Position numbers and translations under genes: made by a program
Assembly: GCA_044225365.1 (NCBI GenBank)
Contig: JBGAIQ010000010.1
Location: forward strand, 32,001-96,000
Reading direction: 5' to 3'
DNA from: Planctomycetota bacterium
GTDB lineage: Bacteria > Planctomycetota > B15-G4 > JADJEK01
Length of the DNA stretch: 64,000 nt
Notes under the pieces: generated by a model
What the model saw: only the letters and a program-made list of their open reading frames with translations
Told to the model about the DNA's origin: nothing
Databases searched by the model: none
Part shown: positions 38,268 through 47,305 of the stretch, one piece after another
How the letters are laid out: each line of letters begins with the position of its first letter
Numbering within the stretch: the stretch's first letter is position 1

Positions 38268-41249
38268 TCACGTTCCCTTGTAGCGGACCACGCGGACCGT
38301 GGTGACCTCGACGTCGACGTTTTCACGGGCCTTGCCCGCGGCGAACGTGCTGACCTTGAGATTCGACTTCACCTTGCGCAGGCCGGGAACGACGAACGAG
38401 GACTTGCGCGGTTCCTCCGCCGTCTTGCCGGGAAGATCGAGTGTCTTCTCGTCGATGCGCACGACGAAGGTCGCCTTCTCCCAGTCCGTGCGCTCGATCG
38501 TGAGCTTGTGGAACGCCGTGAAGTCGAAGTCGGCCGGCAGCTTGAGGGCCTCGGTCCAGTTCTGCGAAATCTGGCTGAAGTCCTGGTCGCGGAGGAAGAT
38601 GCGAACCGTCTTGTCGGGGAAGATGGCGACCGCGATCTCGGCGAACGGCTCGTCGACGCGATTGCCGCCCGATCCGGAATTCCCGCGGCCCTTCTCGAGG
38701 ACCACGCGGACGCCGTAGAAGCCGCCGTTCTGCGGCCCGGCGCGCATCTCCGATTCGTAGAGGATGTGCCGACCGCCTTCGGCCGGCCGCGCAATCTCCG
38801 AGAACGAATCCTCGCCCGGGCGCTGGGTGCCCTTGATCTGCACCACGCCTTTCTCGATCGCACAGGTCGGTCCCGCCGATTCGATGACGTTCCAGTCGTT
38901 CTTGATCTGGTCGCGCTCGAAGTCGTCGACCCACTGCTCCTTCATGCGATGATCGTCGATGCGCTTCTGGAGCGTCTCGGCGTACAGGTAGACCTCGCTC
39001 GCCGAACCCGGAGCGGGGGCCGCCTTCGGATCGGCCTTCGGATCGATCTGGGCGCCAGCGGGAGCATCGCTCTTGGCCGCGCCCTTCGCGGCCGCGAACT
39101 TGTCGAGCGCCTGCTCGACGTCGCCTTCGCGGTAGGCACAGAACGCGACGCCGCAGAGCGCGGTCGGATCGGAGTTCACCGCCGCCGCTTCGTATTCGCG
39201 CTTCGCCTCGGCGATGCGATTCTGCCGCACGAGCGACGCGGCGAGCAGCACCCGGATCGGGATCTGATCCGGTTCGCGCCGCAGGGACTCGGAGAAGTAC
39301 TTCTCGGCGTCCTCGAAGATGTCGGCCTGCAGCGCGACGTAGCCGAGTTCGTTCAGCACGTCGATCATGTCGCCGATCTCGAGCAGCGCCTTGGCGAGGC
39401 TCGCGGCGGCGATCTCGTGGTTCTCGTTGCGCCGCGCGAGTCGCCCCATGCGATAGGTACCGAACGGATTGTCCGGATGGAGCTGGAGGGCGTGCTCGAA
39501 GTAGGTCGACGCCCGTTCGAGGTTGCCGCCCAGTTCCATGAGGATCCCGCGCGCACACTCGGTGTCGAATCCGCGCAGCGGGTCGAGTTCGTCCGCTTCC
39601 GCGAAGCGAGCCATCGCGCCCTTCACGTCACCGGAGAGCCCGAGCAGCACACCGAGGTCGTACACCGCGTCGCGATTGCGGGGATCGATGTCGATCGCGC
39701 TCTTCAAGTCCGATTGGGCCTTGTCGCGCGCACCCTGGAGGAACTGGCAGACCCCGCGCAGGACCCAGGCGTCGGCCGTCGCCATGCCGCCCTTCACGAG
39801 CGGATCGATCGACTGGAACGCGCCCGCGATGTCGCCGCCGTAGAGCAGCGCCCGGGCGTAGTCGACGCGCAACTGCTGGCGCATCTCGGGAGAGACCTGG
39901 AGGCGGGACGCGTTGTCGAAGGCCTGCTGCGCGCCCGCGGCGTCGCCTTGCGCCAACTTCAACTGGCCGTATTCGCGGAGCGAGGAGGCGTCGAGCGAGT
40001 TCTGCTGGATCGCGCCCTCGAGCAGAGTCGAAGCGCTCTCGAGCAAACCGAGCTTGCGGAACAGGCGAGCCCTGCGCGCCTTGAGACGTGCGTCGTCGAC
40101 GCCCTTGTCCTTGGCCTCGTCGAGGACCTTGAATTCGCCTTCGGTGTCGTACGCCAGTTCGCGGATCTCGGCCTTGGCGACCCAGGCGTCGACGTTCCCG
40201 GCATCGATCGCGAGCGCGCGATCGATGAGTTCATTCGCGCCGGCGAGCGCGGCCTTGGCGTCCTCGTCGCGCCAGGAGAGGCAATCGCGAGCGGCCGCGA
40301 GGAAGCCGGTCGCGCTCGACTTCTCCTTCAATGCGGCGTACTTGCGCAAGAGCACGCGGTTCGCCGCGGTGTTCGCGAAGTCGAAGCCGAAGCGATGCTC
40401 TCCACCATTCGTGAGACGATCACGGGGAATCGAATTGCGCCCGAACGACTTGCCCGTGATCGGATCGACCTGCTCGAAGTCGATCGGGATCGTCGTGTCG
40501 TCGATCAACGCGGTGCGATCCTTGTTGAGGATCCGCCCGTACCAGCGCTTCTCGCCCTTGTACGAGATCCAGTCGAAGCGACGCGCCGCGGCCTGGTCGT
40601 CGACGACCGGCTTGCCGGTCTTGGGGTCATCCTTCGCGACGCTCAAGTCCTTCGGCGATGCCTGCGGGGCAGGCTTCGCGGGCGCGGGCGCCTGCGCGGC
40701 GGCCGTCGAGGTTGGCTGCGAGCCGGCCCCGCCATTGCCGGCGCCGTTCGGCACGCTCTCGGTGCCGCCGCCGGATCCACCACCCGACCCGGAAGTCGTG
40801 CCCTTCGGATCGCCGCCTTCGGCACCGGACGTGGAACCGGCCTCGCCGTCGATCGGGATGTCGGCGCCCGCGAGCTTGGCGAGAGCGTCGACCACGGCCG
40901 GCAGGATCGCCGGCTGGCGCTCGGATCGCGAATTCGCGGGGGCGGGACCCGGGAAGAGCAAGGGACCGACCGCCGGGATCGGCGGGAGCGGATGCAGCTC
41001 GAGCGCGAGCGGCTGAAGCGGATTCCAGTCGCGCGGCGGAACGAAGAAATCGCGATCCAGCGGATCGAATCGGCCCTCGTCGGCTCGCGGAATCTGCACG
41101 TCATTGACGGCGGGCGCGGCCGGGATCGCGAGCTTCTTGCTGCGGGGAACGATCACCGGCTTGTACGCGTTCGACCACCACGAAGCGACGAGCGCTCCGC
41201 AGACGACGAACACGCCGACGCACAGGCCTTGTTCGCGATTGAGGCTCAC
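38268..41249 (-). CDS. large membrane-anchored TPR protein
   Basis: N-terminal TM, 'RDFF' motif, G/P-rich linker, many TPRs, C-terminal beta-sandwich-like region. Confidence 0.8.
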   Translation of the reverse strand: MSLNREQGLCVGVFVVCGALVASWWSNAYKPVIVPRSKKLAIPAAPAVNDVQIPRADEGRFDPLDRDFFVPPRDWNPLQPLALELHPLPPIPAVGPLLFPGPAPANSRSERQPAILPAVVDALAKLAGADIPIDGEAGSTSGAEGGDPKGTTSGSGGGSGGGTESVPNGAGNGGAGSQPTSTAAAQAPAPAKPAPQASPKDLSVAKDDPKTGKPVVDDQAAARRFDWISYKGEKRWYGRILNKDRTALIDDTTIPIDFEQVDPITGKSFGRNSIPRDRLTNGGEHRFGFDFANTAANRVLLRKYAALKEKSSATGFLAAARDCLSWRDEDAKAALAGANELIDRALAIDAGNVDAWVAKAEIRELAYDTEGEFKVLDEAKDKGVDDARLKARRARLFRKLGLLESASTLLEGAIQQNSLDASSLREYGQLKLAQGDAAGAQQAFDNASRLQVSPEMRQQLRVDYARALLYGGDIAGAFQSIDPLVKGGMATADAWVLRGVCQFLQGARDKAQSDLKSAIDIDPRNRDAVYDLGVLLGLSGDVKGAMARFAEADELDPLRGFDTECARGILMELGGNLERASTYFEHALQLHPDNPFGTYRMGRLARRNENHEIAAASLAKALLEIGDMIDVLNELGYVALQADIFEDAEKYFSESLRREPDQIPIRVLLAASLVRQNRIAEAKREYEAAAVNSDPTALCGVAFCAYREGDVEQALDKFAAAKGAAKSDAPAGAQIDPKADPKAAPAPGSASEVYLYAETLQKRIDDHRMKEQWVDDFERDQIKNDWNVIESAGPTCAIEKGVVQIKGTQRPGEDSFSEIARPAEGGRHILYESEMRAGPQNGGFYGVRVVLEKGRGNSGSGGNRVDEPFAEIAVAIFPDKTVRIFLRDQDFSQISQNWTEALKLPADFDFTAFHKLTIERTDWEKATFVVRIDEKTLDLPGKTAEEPRKSSFVVPGLRKVKSNLKVSTFAAGKARENVDVEVTTVRVVRYKGT

Positions 41250-42019
41250 TTGCGGCTCTCCGTCAGTTGATTCTCGGGGTGGATCGCGAGGATCGCGGCG
41301 GTCAGGCGCAGAACGGTGAGGTTCTGACGACGGACGTCGGTCTCGATCTCCGCATCCTCGATCGCGAGGAACGAACTCTCGGCGCGCGTCAGGCGATCGA
41401 TCAGCGCCGCGATCGAAGCCGTCGATCCCGTGATCGTGAATTTCACCGCGAGCGCATCGAGGAACGCATTCGCCTTGCTCTTCGAACCGGACTTGAGGTC
41501 GCGGACCTCGATCTCGTCGACGCCGCGCACGTTGGCCTCGAGCGCCGCCGAGACGACTTGGTCGACGACGTCGAGCGCGCGCAACGATCGCTGGATCGCT
41601 TCGGTGCCGGACGGCGTGAACTCCGGCAGGCCGAGCGACGCCTTCACGTTGATATTGCGACGGCGCGCTTCACGAACGAGCTTGTCCTGCTCCTCGTCGC
41701 GCTTCTTGTTGTAGAAGAGGTCCGCGCTGTCGTTCGCCGGAACGACGAAATCAGGGCGCGTCTCGACCGACATCTTCTTGTAGAGATCGTCGAGTCGCGT
41801 ACTGAGTCGACTGCACTCCGCACCGAGGCTCGAGAGGTCACCGGTCGAGGGAGCTTCGAGCTTCAGGATGTCGCGACTGCGGCCCGCGATCCCGGCCTTC
41901 GCCGTCGCCACGCTCCAATTCGAATCGATGACGACGAGGCCGACCAGGAACACGAGGCCCCCGCCGGCGACGCCGAGAATGAATCGCTTGTGATTCTGCC
42001 AGAGGTCGTTCAGGTCCAC
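41246..42019 (-). CDS. PilO-like protein
   Basis: TM, coiled coil, 'VKFTITGSTASIAALIDRL..FLAIED'; follows PilM-N; GTG start inferred. Confidence 0.65.
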   Translation of the reverse strand: MDLNDLWQNHKRFILGVAGGGLVFLVGLVVIDSNWSVATAKAGIAGRSRDILKLEAPSTGDLSSLGAECSRLSTRLDDLYKKMSVETRPDFVVPANDSADLFYNKKRDEEQDKLVREARRRNINVKASLGLPEFTPSGTEAIQRSLRALDVVDQVVSAALEANVRGVDEIEVRDLKSGSKSKANAFLDALAVKFTITGSTASIAALIDRLTRAESSFLAIEDAEIETDVRRQNLTVLRLTAAILAIHPENQLTESRK

Positions 42020-42056
42020 GCTCGTGCGCTCCTCGCTTCGGTCTCGACTCTGACGT

Positions 42057-43745
42057 TCACTTGCCGGTCCCCGACGCTGCATCCGCCGTCGCGGCGAGCT
42101 GCGTGGAGAAGTTGATCAACACGGACCACTCGAATGGCTTCTTCGCGGTCGCCGCCGCCGTCTGCGTCTTCGGCTTGTGCGTGATGCGTGGATCCTTCGA
42201 TAGCTGCTCGACGAACCCGTTGAAGATCGACACGAGTCCCTGCGCGCCCTCGCGGCCCTGACCCGAGATCTTGATGACGCTCCTCGCGTCCGGCCCCGTT
42301 CCGAGATCCTCGTCCTTCAGGCGCGGTGTCGCGATGTTCGTGACGTAGAGGTCGGCGGGCAGGTACTTCTGCAGCAGGGCGAGCGTGCGCGTGAGCGCGA
42401 CGCCGTTCGATGCGTGATCCTCGAGCATCGCGAGGCGCTTGCCGCTCTCCTCGCGTTCCTTCAATTGGTCGCCCGCCTTCTTTGCACGCTTGCTGAGCGT
42501 GTCGTACTCCGAAGCGTGCGCCCGCAGGTCCTTCGTCGCTGCCGCGTAGTCGGACTGCGTGCGGAACGCGTAGATGCCGAGTGCGCCGAGCATGATGACG
42601 GCAGCGAGGACGGAGAAGAGCGTCTTCTCCTTGAACGCGCGCGCCTTCTTCTCGGACTCCGGGAGGATGTCGATCGAGTAGGCATCGGCGAATGCCGTCG
42701 TCATCGCGAGGCCGAGCGCCACGCTGGCGCGCGCGCGCTCGCTCTCGTCATCCAGTTGATCGGCGACCTTGCCGAGATCGACGGCATCGAACGGATCGAA
42801 GCGCTTCACCGGTACGCCGAGATTCTGCTCGAGGTACCGATCGAGACCCTTGAGCAGCGCGCCGCCGCCCATCAGCAGGACGCGATCGAGCTTCACCTCG
42901 TTCTGTCCCGTCTGCGAGCGCGCGAACATCACCGAAGACTGGATCATCGAGAAGATCTGTCCCACCGCGCCGGCGAGCGCGCGGCTGACCTTCTCGGCCT
43001 GAGGGGAAGCGGCCTTCCTGCGATCGGGATCCGGCGGCGACACATCGGCGAGATCGTGCTTGAGCTGCTGCGCCTTCGTCTTGCTGACATTGAACGACGC
43101 CGCGAGCGCTTCGTCGAACAGTTCCCCGCCGCCCGTCAGATTGCGGGCGAACAGCAGGTCGCCTTCCTTGATGATCGCGAGGTCGGTGTTGCGCGCGCCG
43201 ATCGTCATCATCAGCGTGGTGCCCGAATCCTCGCCGCCCGCTTTCTTGAAGGCGTTGTACATCGCGACGGCGTTCGGCGTGTAGGCGTAGAGCTTCAGCC
43301 CGGATGCCTTGAGCACCGCGTCCTGCGACGCGAGGATCGCGGGCTTCGCGAGCGCGAGCATCACCGTGTCGTCGCCGCCCGCGTCCGATGCGACGGGGAT
43401 CAGATTGAAGTCCGCGGCGAGCGGCTCGCCGGATTGTTCGACGAGTTCCTTGATCTCGAACGCCATCAACTGGCGCAACTGCCAGTCGGGAACCGGCGGG
43501 ACTTGCGTGTAGCGGATGACGACGTCGCGACCGGTGAGGCCGACGCGCGCGAGTCCGCCGATCTTTGCGTCCTTCAACGCCTGGAAGACCGATCGTCCGA
43601 TCGCTTCCGGATCGGCCTCGCCGTCCTCCGTACCGATCGGAACGGTCACCCACGAGTCGACGTGGAAGACGCCCTTCTTCTCGCTGCCCGAGAGCACTCG
43701 GATCGCGGTGCTGCCGATGTCGACACCGATCGCTGTGCGGCCCAT
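42057..43745 (-). CDS. pilM: PilM-PilN fusion protein
   Basis: 'AIGVDIGS', 'TIGARNTDL', 'LMGGGALLKGL', 'ALGLA', then in-frame 'SIDILP', TM, coiled coil and 'LPADLYVTNI'. Confidence 0.85.
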   Translation of the reverse strand: MGRTAIGVDIGSTAIRVLSGSEKKGVFHVDSWVTVPIGTEDGEADPEAIGRSVFQALKDAKIGGLARVGLTGRDVVIRYTQVPPVPDWQLRQLMAFEIKELVEQSGEPLAADFNLIPVASDAGGDDTVMLALAKPAILASQDAVLKASGLKLYAYTPNAVAMYNAFKKAGGEDSGTTLMMTIGARNTDLAIIKEGDLLFARNLTGGGELFDEALAASFNVSKTKAQQLKHDLADVSPPDPDRRKAASPQAEKVSRALAGAVGQIFSMIQSSVMFARSQTGQNEVKLDRVLLMGGGALLKGLDRYLEQNLGVPVKRFDPFDAVDLGKVADQLDDESERARASVALGLAMTTAFADAYSIDILPESEKKARAFKEKTLFSVLAAVIMLGALGIYAFRTQSDYAAATKDLRAHASEYDTLSKRAKKAGDQLKEREESGKRLAMLEDHASNGVALTRTLALLQKYLPADLYVTNIATPRLKDEDLGTGPDARSVIKISGQGREGAQGLVSIFNGFVEQLSKDPRITHKPKTQTAAATAKKPFEWSVLINFSTQLAATADAASGTGK

Positions 43746-43755
43746 TCGCTTCGCC

Positions 43756-46224
43756 TCACTTCTTCTCGAGCAGAGTCTTCGCGGCCGCCGCGATGTCGGG
43801 GTTCGCGTAATTCTGGAGGTAGTCGCCGATCGCCTTCGCCACGAGTTGCTTCGGCGGATTCTGCGCGACCGCGGTCTTGATGCGGGACAAGAGCCGCTCG
43901 CCATCGGTCTTCCGCCGTTCGGCGAGTAGCACGTCGGCTTCGGTCTTCAGGCGACCGATCTCGGCCTCGACGAGGGCAGCGCCCTCGGTGCCCTTCAGCC
44001 GCTTCGCGGCATCGCTCGCCATCGTCAGAGCCTCGACGTAGCTCGACTCGCTCTTCAGGTAGCGCGCGCGCGCCGCTGCCGCGGTGACGGACTTCTTCTG
44101 CTTCTCGATCTCCACCTCGACGCTCTGCCGGATCTGTTCCGCGGCGGCGAGCGCGTTCTCGTCGAACGCGTAGGTATCGCGGATCGCTTTCAACTGGGCG
44201 AGTGTGTCGCCGAGCGCGCCGTGTTTGAACGACTGCTCTGCGGCCTCCTTGGCCTTCGCAGCGTCGACGACCTCGTCGACGAAGTCGATCTGCGTCTCGA
44301 TCTTGAGTTGCGGCGTACCCGTCGGGATCGACAGCAGGAGTTCGAAGCGCTTCTCGTCGCGATTCGCCTTCACATGGACCGCGGGAGTGAGCGTGATCCG
44401 CATGCGGGTCGCGCCCTTGCCCACGACGAGTGCCATGACGCCGTCGAGTTCGAACGAGTCGCGATACGGCTCGAGACCGCGCGCGCTCGAGAGCACGTTG
44501 ACGTCGTGTTCGAGGAGGGCGCCGCGCAACTGGAAGGGCAATTGGATCGAAGAGACGCGGGAAGCATCGCCGCTCACCGCGATCGTCTGCGTGATCTTCT
44601 TCGCGGTGGGCGCGACCTGATCGGTCACCTTGTACGCGCCCGCGGGTCCACACAGGATCGAGTCCCCGGCGCGGAACAATCCGCCGTCGAATCGCTTGTT
44701 CTCGGCGCCCGTGATCAGGATCGGCAGCGCCCGGATGAGCGTCTCGCCGTTGCGGCGATAGAGCACGTTGTCACCGAAGGTCTCGACCTCGAAGGCACCG
44801 GCCGCCTGCGGCGACGGTCGTTCGTTGCTGCCCGCCGTGATCGAGAGATCGTCGAAGACCACCTCGCCGCCATTGCCGGCACCGACGAGCTTCAAGGTGA
44901 AGCCATCGGCATCGCTCGGCGGCACCACGCTGCCCGCGAGCTTCGCGAAAGCGGCGCTCTGTCCGCTCGCGACGACGCTGCGGAGGCGATACGACGGATC
45001 GTCGGAGCGCGTGAATTCGGCAACGAGCGACGCCGTCGCCTCGCCGCTCGTGCGCGCGAAGCCCGAGAACTCGTAGCGCCGCTGCGCTGCGGTGAGGGTC
45101 TCGCGCAGTTCCGCGACGGCGCCCGAGGTGAACTGAGCGCGCAGACTGCCTTCGCCGCTCTTTGCTTTCGCGACCGCAGTGGAGAAACCCTCCGCGTCGT
45201 CCGCGGCGAGATTCCAGGCCGAACTCGGCGCGGGCGCCTCGTCGGTCGATTCGAACGACCAACGTTCGCCGAGCAGATTGTCGGCGGCCGGGACGACGCG
45301 GCCGACGCCGGCAGCCTTCGACTTCATTTGCATGTAGTACCAGCCGGCCCCGCCGATGCCGCCGACGAACAAGAGCAGCACGATGAACTGCAGGGCGGAC
45401 GATCCCGACTTGACCGCGCTGAGGTCGGCCTTCAGGAGTTCGTCCATTCCATCGGCGGCCGTCGCCCCCGCCTTCGCGCTCGCGGGACGCGCGGGCTTGC
45501 GGAAGTCGGGGCCTTCGATGATCGTGCGCTCGCTCTCGTCGTCGCGGCGCTCGAGCTCGGGTTCGGGTTCAGCCTTGTCGGCGACGACGAATACGCACTC
45601 ACCGACGCCGAATCGATCGCCGTGCGACAATGCGATCTCGTCGATGCGCTTGCCCTCGAGGAACGTACCGTTCGTGGAGCCGAGGTCGCGCAGGACGGGC
45701 TTGCCACCCTCGAACACGACTTCGCAATGGACTCCGGAGACCTTGGTGTCGACGAGCGCCACCGTGTTCGTGTTCTTGCGGCCCAGCGTGAGGCGCGCGC
45801 CCGACAATTCGAAGCGCTTCCCTCGCACCTCGCCGGTGACTCCGATCAGGATCCAGCCGCCCGTGCCCGCTCCACCCGAGCCCGGATCCTCGAGCGAGAT
45901 CTCGAGTTCGTCGCCGCCGCCTGCATCCACAGCACTGGCCGCGCCCGAGCTGGAGAAGCGGAGCGTCGAAGCGCCGATGCGCACGACGTCGCCATCGGCC
46001 AGTCGAGTGCGATCGATGCGCTCCTCGTTCTTGAAGGTGCCGTTCGCCGAGTGCAGGTCCTCGAGGATCCAGTGCCCTCCGTCCTGCGCGATTCGACAGT
46101 GCCGGCGCGACGCACCGCCGTCGTTCAGGACGATGTCGTTCTCGGCATCGCGGCCGATGCGGCAAGGATCGGGAAGCGTGTATTCACGACGGTCGCCGCC
46201 GCTCTCGACGATGAGTTTTGCCAT
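43756..46224 (-). CDS. double-FHA transmembrane protein with carbohydrate-binding-like external domain
   Basis: Two FHA domains (GR..S..H..DL.S.NGT), a single TM, CBM-like 'NLL..WSFE...EVVFDDLSI', helical C-terminus. Confidence 0.85.
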   Translation of the reverse strand: MAKLIVESGGDRREYTLPDPCRIGRDAENDIVLNDGGASRRHCRIAQDGGHWILEDLHSANGTFKNEERIDRTRLADGDVVRIGASTLRFSSSGAASAVDAGGGDELEISLEDPGSGGAGTGGWILIGVTGEVRGKRFELSGARLTLGRKNTNTVALVDTKVSGVHCEVVFEGGKPVLRDLGSTNGTFLEGKRIDEIALSHGDRFGVGECVFVVADKAEPEPELERRDDESERTIIEGPDFRKPARPASAKAGATAADGMDELLKADLSAVKSGSSALQFIVLLLFVGGIGGAGWYYMQMKSKAAGVGRVVPAADNLLGERWSFESTDEAPAPSSAWNLAADDAEGFSTAVAKAKSGEGSLRAQFTSGAVAELRETLTAAQRRYEFSGFARTSGEATASLVAEFTRSDDPSYRLRSVVASGQSAAFAKLAGSVVPPSDADGFTLKLVGAGNGGEVVFDDLSITAGSNERPSPQAAGAFEVETFGDNVLYRRNGETLIRALPILITGAENKRFDGGLFRAGDSILCGPAGAYKVTDQVAPTAKKITQTIAVSGDASRVSSIQLPFQLRGALLEHDVNVLSSARGLEPYRDSFELDGVMALVVGKGATRMRITLTPAVHVKANRDEKRFELLLSIPTGTPQLKIETQIDFVDEVVDAAKAKEAAEQSFKHGALGDTLAQLKAIRDTYAFDENALAAAEQIRQSVEVEIEKQKKSVTAAAARARYLKSESSYVEALTMASDAAKRLKGTEGAALVEAEIGRLKTEADVLLAERRKTDGERLLSRIKTAVAQNPPKQLVAKAIGDYLQNYANPDIAAAAKTLLEKK

Positions 46225-46358
46225 GAAGGTCTACACCGGATTCGAAAACGGACCTTGTACCATCGCAGCGACAGGGACGGGAAGTCCCTGCATCGCTCGA
46301 TCGGCGAGTAGATCGTGTGGCGACACGAGTAACGACAGCGAGCGATTTCGCCCTGCAC

Positions 46359-47210
46359 TCAATCGTTCTTCGGCAGCTCCGGCTCGCGCGGCTTGATGTT
46401 GAACTCCGCCGCGAGCTGCTTCGAGACCGCATCGTAACTGCTCTTCGCGTACACACCGCCCTCGCACCACTCGCAGAGAATATCGAGGTACTCGGTCGCC
46501 AGGTCGGCGCGCGTGCCGAGCGCTTCGAATTTGGGATGTCGTGAGCCGGAGAGCCGACTGTGCCCTCCCGTGATCAGGAACACGAGTGAAAGCACGATCG
46601 CGACGCCGACGATGATCGTCGCGTTGATGCCGCGATAGCGCTCCGCTGATTTGTTGCGATTGCGGGCGAAGATGTAGGCCACGGCGAGCGTGATCACGAG
46701 CCCACCGCCGAACCAGATCAGCGCGTCGAGCCAGGCCTGGCCGAAGAACCGCTCGCGGTCATGCATGAGACCGAGCGACATCACGATGACTCCGTCGTCG
46801 AGCCGTTCGGAGTAGCGCTCCGACTTGCGATCCCCTTTCGACGGTGAGTTCTTGAACGCCGCCTTCTTCGCGGGATCCGTCGGGCGCCGATTCTCATAGA
46901 GGTACGGCACACCGTGCGGCGTGCGCACGAACGGCAGGTCCTTCAGCTGGGGAGCGAGGTTCTGGAATTCGCTCGCGTACGTCGCTTCCTTCAGGCCGGG
47001 GACGGACTCGAGGCCCTCTTCCATCGTCGGGTAGCGGCCCGAGTTCTTCTTGTAGTCGCGAAGCAGATCGGTGATCCGTTCGAGGTGGTTGCGCTGGAAA
47101 CGCAAGCTCTCTTCGTGCTTCTTGCGCTCCGGGCCCCATCGCTGATCGACGACGAGTCCGGTTGCGAAGAGCAGCGAGACGAGTATGAGGAGGACGTCGA
47201 GCGGTTTCAT
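46359..47210 (-). CDS. membrane protein containing a GspG-like domain
   Basis: 'LRDYKKNSGRYPTMEEGL', 'TPHGVPYLYE', 'VMSLG'; N-terminal TM without prepilin motif; two further TMs. Confidence 0.65.
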   Translation of the reverse strand: MKPLDVLLILVSLLFATGLVVDQRWGPERKKHEESLRFQRNHLERITDLLRDYKKNSGRYPTMEEGLESVPGLKEATYASEFQNLAPQLKDLPFVRTPHGVPYLYENRRPTDPAKKAAFKNSPSKGDRKSERYSERLDDGVIVMSLGLMHDRERFFGQAWLDALIWFGGGLVITLAVAYIFARNRNKSAERYRGINATIIVGVAIVLSLVFLITGGHSRLSGSRHPKFEALGTRADLATEYLDILCEWCEGGVYAKSSYDAVSKQLAAEFNIKPREPELPKND

Positions 47211-47305
47211 CTCAGCTTCATCTGCCGCGCTGGATCGCGCGGTGCATCGCGCCTACAGTAGCGTCTTTCTCTCGCCGCGCGCCGCCATCTCTCAGGACGA
47301 ACTTC

